From: a virus
IMG/VR virus record: IMGVR_UViG_3300032311_001250
Location: 14,443-78,442 of that record
Strand: one strand, 5' to 3'
Length of the DNA: 64,000 bases
In this document: in pieces, positions 20,644 through 30,295 of the stretch
Position numbering within the stretch: position 1 is the first letter of the stretch
Layout of the letters: every line of letters begins with the position of its first letter
The notes under the pieces: model-generated
Seen by the model: the letters and a program-made list of their open reading frames with translations, nothing else
Database searches by the model: none
What the model was told of the DNA's origin: nothing
Program-made: the position numbers and the translations under genes

Positions 20644-20677
20644 AAAAAGTCTGCCGGCAAAAACCGACAGACTCTTT
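20644..20677 (-). terminator. Intrinsic terminator
   Basis: Minus strand AGTCTGTCGG/CCGGCAGACT followed by TTTTATT. Confidence 0.7.
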
Positions 20678-20697
20678 AATACAAAACGATGAACTAA

Positions 20698-20874
20698 TTA
20701 ATCGCTGATGCTTTTGAAGCTTACCGTTGTTGCTGGATAAACGTGCGCTTCCGGCTTTGTAAGCTCTGCAACTTGCTTTTGCAGCTGCTCAATCTGCGCG
20801 CGCAAGATATCGTTTTCAAGCGTAAGCGCGCCAATCTTGTAGATAAGCTGCTCAGTTGTTACTCGCTGTTCCAT
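20698..20874 (-). CDS. Small coiled-coil protein (58 aa, below cutoff)
   Basis: RBS AAAGGAG; MEQRVTTEQLIYKIGALTLENDILRAQIEQLQKQVAEL... Confidence 0.75.
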   Translation of the reverse strand: MEQRVTTEQLIYKIGALTLENDILRAQIEQLQKQVAELTKPEAHVYPATTVSFKSISD

Positions 20875-21050
20875 AATTACTCCTTTGGCCTTGCTGTGAC
20901 GTCTTCAATGACGTTCTGACACTGCCCGCAGTGTACCACAAAATCAATACCATCCTCTCGCTCGTATACGTTTGGAATGCCGCTTGCTGCGCACCCGTTC
21001 GTTTGGCAAATTGCAGTAATAATAAAAACAGTTTCGCTCATGGCTTCTCC

Positions 21051-21983
21051 TTATGTTAGCGGTACGGCGTTCAAACGGCCGTAATATGTGCTCACGGTAA
21101 CGTTTGTAGTCGTTTGGGTGCGAACGCCCACCTTGCACACAACGGCGCTTGTGCCAACAGATGTATAGACATCCATTCCGCTGACACTAGTTGAGTAGTT
21201 AATTCCGCTTTCAATGTTTACTGTTCGGACGTAAAAAAGGTTTGCGCCGTCAACGAATACTTGATAGATCATATATTGGTCAGTGTTTGTATTTGTTACG
21301 CATGCGGCGTTATAAGTGATTAGCCAGCGCTGGCCAACATAGTTTGGCGTAAAGGTTACTGTGTGCCCGGAAATATCAGAGTACCCCGTGCCAACCCCCG
21401 TGGTATCAACTACGCTTCCGCCGTTGCTATAGCGTTGAGCCGTCATGCCGCTTTTAATATAACCCGGGACGGTAAGGTCTCCGTCGTTATCAAGAGTGAA
21501 AAGATTTGTTGTGTAGGCGTTGTTGATAATCTCAATTGCCCCAGAGGAGTTGAGCCTAAAGAACTTCTTTGGATTCGTTGCAGATCCATAAGTATTCTTA
21601 ACATCAAGGAATCCGTGATAGCCAACACCGCCGCGCTGGTTATACCCAACGGCGTTAATGCTCGCGGTATCGGTGGCTGTGGTGGTGTCTCCGCCTGTGG
21701 CAGTAACCTGACTAAAAGATGGCGTGCTTGAAGTAGCGATAGACTGAGGCAAACTTAGTGTCACTGCGCCGGTGCTAGCGCTGGCTGTTACCTGATCTGT
21801 AGTTCCCGTGATTGATGCTACGCCTTGATGCGCATGGTCCGACGCAGAGGCGGTTGCTGCTGATCCGGACGTCGCCGTTGAAGAAACTGCAGCTGGGGTT
21901 GAGCCGCCAATAGACGCGTTGGTTCCGGTTCCAGTTGCCGGAACCCATGCAGAGCCATTCCAAACGTTTACTTGCTTACCCAT
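21051..21983 (-). CDS. Virion fibre/decoration protein
   Basis: VWNGSAW N-terminus, S/T-rich, ASDHAH motif, beta-sandwich-like C-terminus. Confidence 0.7.
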   Translation of the reverse strand: MGKQVNVWNGSAWVPATGTGTNASIGGSTPAAVSSTATSGSAATASASDHAHQGVASITGTTDQVTASASTGAVTLSLPQSIATSSTPSFSQVTATGGDTTTATDTASINAVGYNQRGGVGYHGFLDVKNTYGSATNPKKFFRLNSSGAIEIINNAYTTNLFTLDNDGDLTVPGYIKSGMTAQRYSNGGSVVDTTGVGTGYSDISGHTVTFTPNYVGQRWLITYNAACVTNTNTDQYMIYQVFVDGANLFYVRTVNIESGINYSTSVSGMDVYTSVGTSAVVCKVGVRTQTTTNVTVSTYYGRLNAVPLT

Positions 21984-21984
21984 G

Positions 21985-23577
21985 CTACCTCCCTACAACC
22001 ATCCAGGAAAACTGCGTGGCCGTAGTGTTTGAGCGAAGAATATAAATACTAAATCCAGTCAACGTAGTTCCTGAAAACGTTGGATCTTCGTAGGCCCACC
22101 AACTAATGTTGGAGCTTTTTGCTTCTGGGGTAACCAGAATGGAAAAGTCAGCAATTGTTGCCGTTGTCGCTTGCGAAGATTGCACGGAGAGACCCGTAAC
22201 TGCGTACGAGGTGACAGTGTTTGCTACGGGAGTAATGCTTACTCGTCCAGAAGCGATATTTGAAGAAGTAAGCATTCCGCGACTGCTAACTGACGCAAGA
22301 ACTGTTCCCGAGCTGTTCTGCCAATCTTGCAGGTTAGCCGTTTGACTTGCCGCCGCCTTGACAATCAATCCTTTATTGGACGCAGAATTAACAGTGACCT
22401 GTTGCGGCGCCACGGTGAACGTATTGGCTGCAGCTTTTAGCGCTGCTGCATCGTATGCTGTCTTAACGCTATTTGCCGTTGCGGCAGCAGTTGTGCTGCT
22501 TGAAGAAACTGAGTCGACAAGCGCAACGTCAGGAGTTGTTGTGGAGCTATCAATCCATACATCACCCGAATTTGGCGAGGTCGGTGCCGTTCCGGCATAC
22601 GTCACTTTTGCTTTTCCGGTAACAGCGCTTGGGACTGCTCCGGACAGTTTTGAAGCGTCGAGCGTGCTGGCGGTGGTAACAACATCAACACCCTCTACCG
22701 CAAGGGTTCCTGCTGCTGATCGAGAGAGGGTAGTATCGCTGGCATGACCAAGCTGAATCGTACCAACACCAATTACAGCAGATGTTGATACCACAAACAC
22801 GCCGAGGTTGTCAGATTTTAGCGGTACGGTTGCGGTGTCAATGGCAATGATAGGAGTTGAGGCATTACCAGTCCCGCCAGTTACCGTAACCCCTGTCCCT
22901 CCAGATACGGTTGCTGCGAAGTTTCCGCTGGTGATGTTTGCTGTTGAGTGGGAGTGGCCAGAAAGACTTACTGCTGTGCCACCCTGTGAGAGTGTTCCAG
23001 ATGTTACGTTAAGACCGGTTGTAGCAACAGTTGCTCTCTCTGTTCCTCCAATATCAAATGACAACGTGTCGTCAGAGGTAATGTAGTTTTTTCCTGCTTG
23101 CCCAACAAGTTCTAGCTCAGCAAATCCCGCCCCGCCAGCACTAACTCCAACTGTTACGCTCGCTGGACCAACTACTTCAAGTTGATGGGATGGTGCGTTG
23201 GTTCCAATACCAAACTTACCAGCGGGAGTAATACGCGCTCGTTCTGCACCACCTGTGCCAAACACAAGAGCACCGTTGGTCTCTGCGTTCCACAAATATC
23301 CGACATCGGTATCTGCCATAAGCAGGTACATACCGTCTTCGGCTCCAGACCCAGATGTGGTGTTCAAAAGTTGAACTTTGGAATTTGCCTTATTAATTTG
23401 GAGGTTATTTGTAAACGATCCAGTAGCCCCAGTCGCCGCAAGGTCTACCCAGGCGCCGTTGATGCGCGCATACACCTTGTTGTCGGTGGTGTCGTAATAA
23501 GCGTCACCGTTTACTGGCGACGACGGGGCCGTTGCCAGTGTTGGAAGGGTAATAGTATTGCCTACAAACTTTGTCAT
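21985..23577 (-). CDS. Virion fibre protein
   Basis: PSSPVNGDAYYDT...W N-terminus; ERARIT..G.FGIGT fibre repeat; AATANSVKTAYD tail-fibre repeat. Confidence 0.78.
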   Translation of the reverse strand: MTKFVGNTITLPTLATAPSSPVNGDAYYDTTDNKVYARINGAWVDLAATGATGSFTNNLQINKANSKVQLLNTTSGSGAEDGMYLLMADTDVGYLWNAETNGALVFGTGGAERARITPAGKFGIGTNAPSHQLEVVGPASVTVGVSAGGAGFAELELVGQAGKNYITSDDTLSFDIGGTERATVATTGLNVTSGTLSQGGTAVSLSGHSHSTANITSGNFAATVSGGTGVTVTGGTGNASTPIIAIDTATVPLKSDNLGVFVVSTSAVIGVGTIQLGHASDTTLSRSAAGTLAVEGVDVVTTASTLDASKLSGAVPSAVTGKAKVTYAGTAPTSPNSGDVWIDSSTTTPDVALVDSVSSSSTTAAATANSVKTAYDAAALKAAANTFTVAPQQVTVNSASNKGLIVKAAASQTANLQDWQNSSGTVLASVSSRGMLTSSNIASGRVSITPVANTVTSYAVTGLSVQSSQATTATIADFSILVTPEAKSSNISWWAYEDPTFSGTTLTGFSIYILRSNTTATQFSWMVVGR

Positions 23578-23586
23578 AGGCGTATC

Positions 23587-25554
23587 TTACCCGATAACGA
23601 CGACTCTGTACGTCCCCGCAAGGCTAATTGTGACCGTCAGGGTATTTGTCGTGGCCGTTACAATGTCACAGAAAACCTGGGCATCTGTTGAGTCATAAAC
23701 AGAAACGACAACTGCCTTTGTCCCAAGGAGGTGGGTGACCGTCTTGGCCTCACCGGCAGTCCAGGTGGCGCTGGTGTTGTAGCGAAGCGCGCCGCCGCGG
23801 GTCGAGTCAATTGCCGTACCCTGCCACGTACCAGCAGAGATCGTGCCAACGGTCGTGATGCTGTCGTCACCGCTGTATGTTCCGCCAGCCACTGCCGCTA
23901 GTGTCGCGTTGTATGCCTGCACGTTTGAGCCAATTGCAAGCCCAAGGTTAGTTCTTGCCGTCGCAGCATCACTTGCGCCCGTACCGCCATCGGCAACTGC
24001 AATATCGGTGCCATTCCAAACGCCAGCAACAATTGTTCCAACAGATGTTAGGCTTGATCCGATAACTCCGCTGCCAAGCGCGCTTCCGCTAAGAACCGTA
24101 GTGCCTGCAACCTTAAAGGTCTTGCCGGTAGCGAGATCAAGGTGCTCGGATGATGTCCACGAGTCAGTTGCGTCAACCCAGTTAAGTGTCTTGTCCGTTG
24201 TGCCCTTCAGGGTAATACCGCCGCCGTCAGCAGTTGTATCGGTTGGGCTTGCAACAGAGCCAAGCTCGATGTTCTTGTCGTCAACGGTAAGCGTCGTCGA
24301 ATTGAGCGTCGTGGTTGTTCCGTTAACCGTAAGGTCGCCAGAAAGCACAAGGCTTGTACCAGTTGCTGCGCCAATGTTTGGCGTGACCAGGGTTGGTGTA
24401 TTGGCAAAGACCAGCGCACCAGTGCCCGTCTCGTCAGAGATGACACCAGCAAGTTCGCTGGACGATGTTGCAGCAAACGCGCTAAGCTTGTTATTGGTAA
24501 GCGCAATCGTACCGCTTGCATCAGGTAGGGCAATGGTGCGATCCGCTGTTGGATCTGTTGCTTCAAGTCGTGTTTCGTAGGCGTCGTCTGTTGCTCCTTC
24601 AAACTCAATCCCATGAGTAACCGGAAGACGAATTCCGTGAATAACTGGCGTGCTGGCAGTAGCGGTAAGCGTTACTCCGTCAAGAGTTGCGCTTGTCCCA
24701 AATACCAATGCCCCAGTTCCGGTTTCTCCAGTAACCGCGCTTGCAAGGTTTGCCGACGTTGGCGTGGCAAGGAAGGTGGCAACGCCAGTGCCAAGTCCAG
24801 AAACACCTGTGCCAATTGGGAGGCCAGTGGCATTTGTGAGGACACCGCTTGCCGGAGTGCCAAGTGCAGGAGTAATGAGGGTTGGGCTATTTGCAAAAAC
24901 CAACGCGCCAGTGCCAGTTTCGTCAGAAATTACCCCGGCAAGCTCAGAAGAGGATGTTGCAGCAAATACGCTAAGCTTGTTTCCGGTCAGTGCAACCGTA
25001 CCAGTTGTGGCCGGAAGCGTAATGACGGTGCCGGTTCCGGCAATAGCGGTAGGGATAATTTGAGCGCTGCCAGAGGTAGATCCAGGAAGGGTGATGCTCG
25101 AAATGCCGGTAAGGGCAAGGTTTGCAGAGGCGCGATTAAGAGCAACGCTCGTCGTACCAATGTAATGCACATCTGACGGATTGGCCTTAGCAGCGGCTGT
25201 GTCGTAGGCAGTCTTTACGCTGTTTGGTGTAGCAGCGGTGCTTGTACTGGTGCTACTTGTTGAATCCGTGAGCTGAACGGCGCCCTTCTGGGTAGTCGAG
25301 GCATCCTGAATGCTGATGGTTGGCGTATTCCCGCCAGTAGATGCAAGCGGGCTAGAGGCGCTAACAGAAGTGACGGTGCCGCCGCCAGTTGCGAGTGTAA
25401 CCCAGGCAGCTCCGTCATAGACCTTGATAGCATCAGAAACGGTATTGTAATAAATCTGGCCCTGAACCGGAGAGGCAGGATCGGTGGCAAGGTTCTGGAT
25501 TGCCGCGTTTTGCAGCTCATTTTTCTGGAGGTCTAGGTTGGTTAGAAACTTCAC
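23587..25554 (-). CDS. Virion fibre protein with internal repeats
   Basis: PASPVQGQIYYNT N-terminus; KGAVQLTDS...AATPNSVKTAYD; duplicated SSELAGVISDETGTGALVFAN. Confidence 0.8.
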   Translation of the reverse strand: MKFLTNLDLQKNELQNAAIQNLATDPASPVQGQIYYNTVSDAIKVYDGAAWVTLATGGGTVTSVSASSPLASTGGNTPTISIQDASTTQKGAVQLTDSTSSTSTSTAATPNSVKTAYDTAAAKANPSDVHYIGTTSVALNRASANLALTGISSITLPGSTSGSAQIIPTAIAGTGTVITLPATTGTVALTGNKLSVFAATSSSELAGVISDETGTGALVFANSPTLITPALGTPASGVLTNATGLPIGTGVSGLGTGVATFLATPTSANLASAVTGETGTGALVFGTSATLDGVTLTATASTPVIHGIRLPVTHGIEFEGATDDAYETRLEATDPTADRTIALPDASGTIALTNNKLSAFAATSSSELAGVISDETGTGALVFANTPTLVTPNIGAATGTSLVLSGDLTVNGTTTTLNSTTLTVDDKNIELGSVASPTDTTADGGGITLKGTTDKTLNWVDATDSWTSSEHLDLATGKTFKVAGTTVLSGSALGSGVIGSSLTSVGTIVAGVWNGTDIAVADGGTGASDAATARTNLGLAIGSNVQAYNATLAAVAGGTYSGDDSITTVGTISAGTWQGTAIDSTRGGALRYNTSATWTAGEAKTVTHLLGTKAVVVSVYDSTDAQVFCDIVTATTNTLTVTISLAGTYRVVVIG

Positions 25555-25564
25555 GTTTTCCCCC

Positions 25565-26017
25565 TCAGTTCAGGTAGGCTTTTCCGCCGAAGGCGGCAAC
25601 AAACGTCAACCGCAGGCTATTATTGTCAAGATACTCAATGTTGCCGTAGACCACACTACCCGCAGAATCTACAACCATTACGGAGGGAAAACAGTTCAAG
25701 TTGTGCGTAATTGTCCAAGTGGCAGATGAGGTATTCTGATTATGCGTGTAGGTTGTATGAGATGCTCCAGTTCCCTGCGGGCCCTGCGGTCCGGTTGCGC
25801 CCTGTGGTCCTTGCGGGCCCTGCGGGCCGTTTGATCCGACAAAACCATCATCGCCTTTATCGCCTTTTGGTCCCTGCAGCCCAACAGAGGCCACGGTTAC
25901 GCTATTGGTGGTTTGGCTGGCTGTAATGGTGTTGGCGGATGGAGAGACGGTAACCGTGTTATCCGCCTCTTCGGTGACCGTTAGATTAATGTCGACAATA
26001 TTTACATCAGGGCTCAT
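25565..26017 (-). CDS. Collagen-like (G-X-Y) virion protein
   Basis: GPQ/GXY repeats followed by WTITHNL module. Confidence 0.8.
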   Translation of the reverse strand: MSPDVNIVDINLTVTEEADNTVTVSPSANTITASQTTNSVTVASVGLQGPKGDKGDDGFVGSNGPQGPQGPQGATGPQGPQGTGASHTTYTHNQNTSSATWTITHNLNCFPSVMVVDSAGSVVYGNIEYLDNNSLRLTFVAAFGGKAYLN

Positions 26018-26361
26018 CGGGTAACTTCTCCGGTGACAATGAAGTCTCCGGAGATCAGCTTCGTAACGACGCCAGCACCAGAGACGAGCTCAAGATCGTA
26101 AACATAATTTCCGGCAGCAACAACTGTCAAAGCTGCCGCAGGAATAGCAATGGCAACTGTCCCAGCTGCTCCGCCAAGCGTAATCCCGCTTGCACTGGTC
26201 AGGGTTATAACGGCATCTGCGGACCCGGCTGATCGTCGCACCTGCATCCGGGCTGAATATCCCGTAATATTAATAGCCGTTCCGGAGGAATTGGCGTATG
26301 TGAGCGTGGCGGTATAGTCTGTGCCCTGCTCAGCGGCGATATCATATGTCGATGCGGCCAT
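26014..26361 (-). CDS. Fibre-attachment/baseplate-type Ig-like protein
   Basis: EQGTDY...INITGYSARMQVR...YVYDLELV...G motif; first gene of the fibre block. Confidence 0.7.
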   Translation of the reverse strand: MAASTYDIAAEQGTDYTATLTYANSSGTAINITGYSARMQVRRSAGSADAVITLTSASGITLGGAAGTVAIAIPAAALTVVAAGNYVYDLELVSGAGVVTKLISGDFIVTGEVTR

Positions 26362-26450
26362 ATTGGGCTCCCTTGCTATCAGGCATCTAGGGGATGCTCT
26401 GTCCTGTGAATCCTATGGTTTCCCCATCTAGCCGACAAGATTGACCAGTT

Positions 26451-26792
26451 CTACCCGTTGAGATCGACTCTAAGCTTGCGGAGCGACGCCGCTGCGGCCT
26501 CAAAGGCCCTAACTTGCAAATCAATAGCCTCTGAAAGCTTTTTGGTTGCCACGGTAACGGTAACCATTGCCTCGGCCTCTTCTTGATCAATAGCCATGAG
26601 CCTAGACTTAATCTTGTTATACGCTCGACTTCGCATAGGAACTCCTGCGGCTGCATAGCAGCGCATAGTCTCCGGCGTAAGGCCAAAATCTGGCGAAGCG
26701 ACGCGACACGCCTCCGTTACGCTGCGATACTCTGGGTAGTCTTTGGCAAGGAGTCGCTGCAGATCTCCGCCGGTAATTCTTGTTCGGTTCAT
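26451..26792 (-). CDS. Putative HTH/coiled-coil protein
   Basis: RBS GAGGTG before MNRTRI; helical. Confidence 0.65.
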   Translation of the reverse strand: MNRTRITGGDLQRLLAKDYPEYRSVTEACRVASPDFGLTPETMRCYAAAGVPMRSRAYNKIKSRLMAIDQEEAEAMVTVTVATKKLSEAIDLQVRAFEAAAASLRKLRVDLNG

Positions 26793-26799
26793 CTGCACC

Positions 26800-27051
26800 T
26801 CAGTAGTAGTCTGAGCATGAGGCAAAGTAGCCACATGAGCATACAAGCTTGCACTTTTGATCAGAAAGTTCCTGCCCGCAATTCAGGCATGTCCTGACAA
26901 GAGCTTCTTGCTGGCCACAATTGTAGCAAGTTTCCCTGGAGAGTGCGTGCTTTTGGCACGACCATTGGGCCTGTTTGCACTTTGCACATGCCTGTGTCAA
27001 GAATAGATTTTCTGTTTGTGCGCAGAAGTAGCAACGGATGCTGTGTGGCAT
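26800..27051 (-). CDS. Cys-rich zinc-finger microprotein (leaderless)
   Basis: Multiple CxxC; C-terminal CLNCG...KCKLVCSCGYFASCSDYY; TATACT 7 nt before ATG. Confidence 0.65.
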   Translation of the reverse strand: MPHSIRCYFCAQTENLFLTQACAKCKQAQWSCQKHALSRETCYNCGQQEALVRTCLNCGQELSDQKCKLVCSCGYFASCSDYY

Positions 27052-27058
27052 GCGGGTC

Positions 27059-27066
27059 AGTATACT
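27059..27066. promoter_or_regulatory. Palindromic -10 (AGTATACT) serving two divergent leaderless genes
   Basis: TATACT on each strand lies 6-7 nt before the ATGs at 27073(+) and 27051(-). Confidence 0.6.
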
Positions 27067-27072
27067 ATCTTT

Positions 27073-27591
27073 ATGGCAAAGCGTGGGCGCGTAGGCGCCG
27101 AGCAGCTTACTGCTCTACGGGAAAAGATCAAGGGACTGCACCTTCAGGGCGTCCCTTTGCCGGAAATCGCCACGGCATTGCAGCTATCGCCGGAAACTGT
27201 CCGCAAGCATATTTACGTCATCCGTAAGCAGTGGTCGGAAGAAGGCCCTGACGCCGCCCAGTCCAGGATGGAGCTTCTTCAGCGTGTCAACCTAATTGGG
27301 AAGATGGCAGCTGCTGGCGCTGCACGAGCTCGTGGATCAAAAGAAGAGGCGACGTTTCTAAAACTCCAGCTTGAGGTGGTTGATCGCCTTGCCAAGTTAA
27401 CCGGCGCGTACATGGGCGAAGGAATCCAGAGCATTAAAAACACCACAAATATGGCCATTCAGATCAACCAGGCCACGCATGAAATTGATAATCTGCCTCC
27501 GGAAGAGCTGGCCAAGAGGTTGCAGATGTGGGCGGATGAGGTTACGGAGAATCTACGGGTGATTGATGGAACAGCAGAAGAGCGTAAATAG
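27073..27591 (+). CDS. terS: Terminase small subunit (HTH)
   Basis: N-terminal HTH (LPEIATALQLSPETVRKH), RLAKLTG motif, overlaps terL. Confidence 0.7.
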   Translation: MAKRGRVGAEQLTALREKIKGLHLQGVPLPEIATALQLSPETVRKHIYVIRKQWSEEGPDAAQSRMELLQRVNLIGKMAAAGAARARGSKEEATFLKLQLEVVDRLAKLTGAYMGEGIQSIKNTTNMAIQINQATHEIDNLPPEELAKRLQMWADEVTENLRVIDGTAEERK

Positions 27592-28993
27592 CAGCTACCG
27601 GGATTGGCTTCGGGTCAAGGCCCAGACATCCGATGCGGCATTTGCCGAATACGTTAGCGGCTTGGTGTTTCCGCGACATCTTCGTGAGATGGAGCAATTC
27701 TTGGACAAAAACGACCGTGGGCTTGTGCTCATGCCCCGTGGACACGCCAAGACAACGCAGTTGATCCATCGGGCCGCCCGAATGATTGGCCTGACCAAAG
27801 GGAAAGTAAGGATTGGCGTGCTAACTGCCGTTATGTCTGATGCCCTTGCGCGTTCTCGAGCCATCAAGGCCCTCATTGAGTCGCCCTTCTTTGCCGAGGT
27901 ATTTCCCTGGGCACAAGATGGCGTCATTGGCTCAAAGTGGACCGATGAGGTCTGGACGGTGAAGGGGGCCAACCTTGGAAAGGACTCCACTTGCTTTGCC
28001 GATGGTCTTGGTTCGATCAAACCTGGTGCCCGTCTTGACATTCTTTTTGCGGACGACATGGTTGGACTGAAGGAAAATGCCACGTCCGGGCAAAGGCAAA
28101 AGGCAAGCGAGACTTATTGGCAGGTTGTTGACCCAATGCTTGTCCCCAAGGCAAAACGCTGGTACATCGGCACGCGATGGCACGAGGATGACTTTTACGC
28201 AGAGCTGATTAATAAAGGTGTCCAACACTATCAGCGACGGGCCCTAGAAGATGACAAGGTGCTTTGGCCAGAAATGTATACGGTTGCCGATATGGAGCAG
28301 AAGAAACAGGAGCTCGGCACGCCGATCTTCATGCTGCAGTTTCAAAACGATGTGACCTCCATGGGCGGCAATATCTTCCGGTACGACTATTTCCAGCGTG
28401 TTGATCGTGTGCCGGAAGGCGCTCGTAGGATTGGCGTCGACCTTGCTTCTTCCTCGAGCGAAAGAAGCGACTACACCGCTGCCGTAGAGATTCTGGAAGA
28501 CTCTGAGCACAACCTATACATTGTGGGTGCTTGGAGGGCTCGACTCCAAGAGGGACACCGGGCCTGGCTTACCGGAATTAACAACGATGGCAGCATCAAT
28601 GAGGAGCGCGGACCCCGGATGCTTTGGCCCCAGCGACTCGTCGGCCTCAAGGGGCTAGACCCAGAGCTCGATGACGTGCGATTCTTCGAGTCTATGAACA
28701 TCGAGGCCGTTCAGCACCAAAGTACGTTTGTGCGAGAAATCCTGTCGACAACAAGCTTGCCTGCTCGCGCCGTTCGACCGGACAAAGACAAGGTGTCAAG
28801 AAGCCGGGCGCTGGCCGCCAGGTACGAGGCAGGAAAAGTGTTTCACGTGAATAATGCCCCAGGGATTTCCGACCTGGAGTCCGAGATGCTGGCATTTCCC
28901 AATGGTCAGCATGATGACATGGTAGATGCCTTGGTGTATGCCTCAGACCTTGGGGGATCTGGTTTTTACTTTACCTCAGCCAAGAGGTATTAG
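27563..28993 (+). CDS. terL: Terminase large subunit
   Basis: Walker A MPRGHAKTT; Walker B LFADD; IGTRWHEDD; GVDLA...SDYTA; FPNGQHDDMVDA nuclease motif. Confidence 0.96.
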   Translation: MMEQQKSVNSSYRDWLRVKAQTSDAAFAEYVSGLVFPRHLREMEQFLDKNDRGLVLMPRGHAKTTQLIHRAARMIGLTKGKVRIGVLTAVMSDALARSRAIKALIESPFFAEVFPWAQDGVIGSKWTDEVWTVKGANLGKDSTCFADGLGSIKPGARLDILFADDMVGLKENATSGQRQKASETYWQVVDPMLVPKAKRWYIGTRWHEDDFYAELINKGVQHYQRRALEDDKVLWPEMYTVADMEQKKQELGTPIFMLQFQNDVTSMGGNIFRYDYFQRVDRVPEGARRIGVDLASSSSERSDYTAAVEILEDSEHNLYIVGAWRARLQEGHRAWLTGINNDGSINEERGPRMLWPQRLVGLKGLDPELDDVRFFESMNIEAVQHQSTFVREILSTTSLPARAVRPDKDKVSRSRALAARYEAGKVFHVNNAPGISDLESEMLAFPNGQHDDMVDALVYASDLGGSGFYFTSAKRY

Positions 28994-29979
28994 TAGTCGG
29001 TGCACCAAATCCAATCGCAGAAATCAGGTGTCCCAAGGTCTTCACTCGTATAAAGCTGAAGTAGCGACGATGTCGTATTGGGCCTACGTGCGATGTCAAT
29101 GCTGTCTGAGGTATAGGACATCATCTCGTAAAATCCTTCCTCTGTAGTTCCCTCAATATGTTCTGCAAAGGCGATGATGGCCCCAGAAACAAAAGGCGCA
29201 GCAAAAGATGTTCCGCTTGAAATCTGCGGACCGGAAAAACCAAACGGTTCAACCTGGGCCCCCGGGGCGTAGAGCGCGACACACTCCCCAAAGTTTGAGC
29301 TGGTCCACGGCAAGTCATAGATTGTGCTTGCTGCGACGGTTACGGCAAGGTCTTCTGTGCAGCCGAGCCTGGCTGGCGAGTACCTGATTGAGTCTCGGCG
29401 GTCGTTTCCGGCAGCGATGACTACCGGAATCCCGAGATTTGTTAGCGCACGGACTGCGTTGTCAATTGCAGTTGAAATCTTTCCGCCAAAACTGAGGTTA
29501 ACAACGCTCCTGGCCGGATCTGCGTTCTGCGCAATCCAATTAAGTCCGGCAATGATTTTTGAGTTCACGCCCCGGCCGGTACAGGCAAGCACCCTCACGG
29601 AAACAACTGCTGCCTTTTGGGCAATCCCAACCCCGGCGCCGGCAACAAGCGAAGCAACTCGTGTTCCGTGGCCGCTTCCGCAGTCCTCAAATGTACCGCC
29701 GACAAATGACTTTCCGGTAACCCCGCCAGGAAACTCTTCGGTGTCCTCAACGCCAGTATCTACAACGTATACCGTATATCCAAAACCAACGTTTTCTCCG
29801 TCCCACGAGTATCCATCGGTAATCCTTCCGCCGATCCAGAAATCTTCTGGTTCGACAATGCGGTCCAATGCCCAATCGGTCGCCTCCATATACCCTTCTG
29901 CTGCTGTGCCAAACGATGGGAACAGAAAAGAGGCAGAGGCGATGATTGAAAGGATCAGGCGCACGAATTGCACCCGCAA
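28990..29979 (-). CDS. Secreted subtilisin-family (S8) serine protease
   Basis: Signal peptide; triad VYVVDTG / HGTRVAS / SGTSFAAP; oxyanion AAGN. Confidence 0.93.
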   Translation of the reverse strand: MRVQFVRLILSIIASASFLFPSFGTAAEGYMEATDWALDRIVEPEDFWIGGRITDGYSWDGENVGFGYTVYVVDTGVEDTEEFPGGVTGKSFVGGTFEDCGSGHGTRVASLVAGAGVGIAQKAAVVSVRVLACTGRGVNSKIIAGLNWIAQNADPARSVVNLSFGGKISTAIDNAVRALTNLGIPVVIAAGNDRRDSIRYSPARLGCTEDLAVTVAASTIYDLPWTSSNFGECVALYAPGAQVEPFGFSGPQISSGTSFAAPFVSGAIIAFAEHIEGTTEEGFYEMMSYTSDSIDIARRPNTTSSLLQLYTSEDLGTPDFCDWIWCTDY

Positions 29980-30293
29980 ATAGTTACCGGAGAAAAATTA
30001 ACGCGCTCATCAAAAGTTGCAAATACCGGCATACCGGGCTGCAGGTACGCGCCTTCTACATTGAAGGAGATGTACTCATCGGCCTCAAGGTATGGGTCAA
30101 ATCCATCCTCCTGATCCTGGTCGCGGCTTTGCTCCTGCTCAATAATTTCTTGCGCCATCTTTTTAACCATCTTGTCTCGGTCGTAAATTGCAACCACTTT
30201 TTGCCCATCAGATCCAAGAAAAATGTTGCCGTGACCAACCAGGCAGTCATCCCATCCGTCCGCATAGAGAACGTCGTCAATCTTTTCGATCAT
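29955..30293 (-). CDS. Phage hypothetical protein
   Basis: ADGWDDCLVG...VVAIYD...EADEYISFNVEGAY..PVF; coupled to neighbours. Confidence 0.75.
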   Translation of the reverse strand: MIEKIDDVLYADGWDDCLVGHGNIFLGSDGQKVVAIYDRDKMVKKMAQEIIEQEQSRDQDQEDGFDPYLEADEYISFNVEGAYLQPGMPVFATFDERVNFSPVTICGCNSCA

Positions 30294-30295
30294 GC

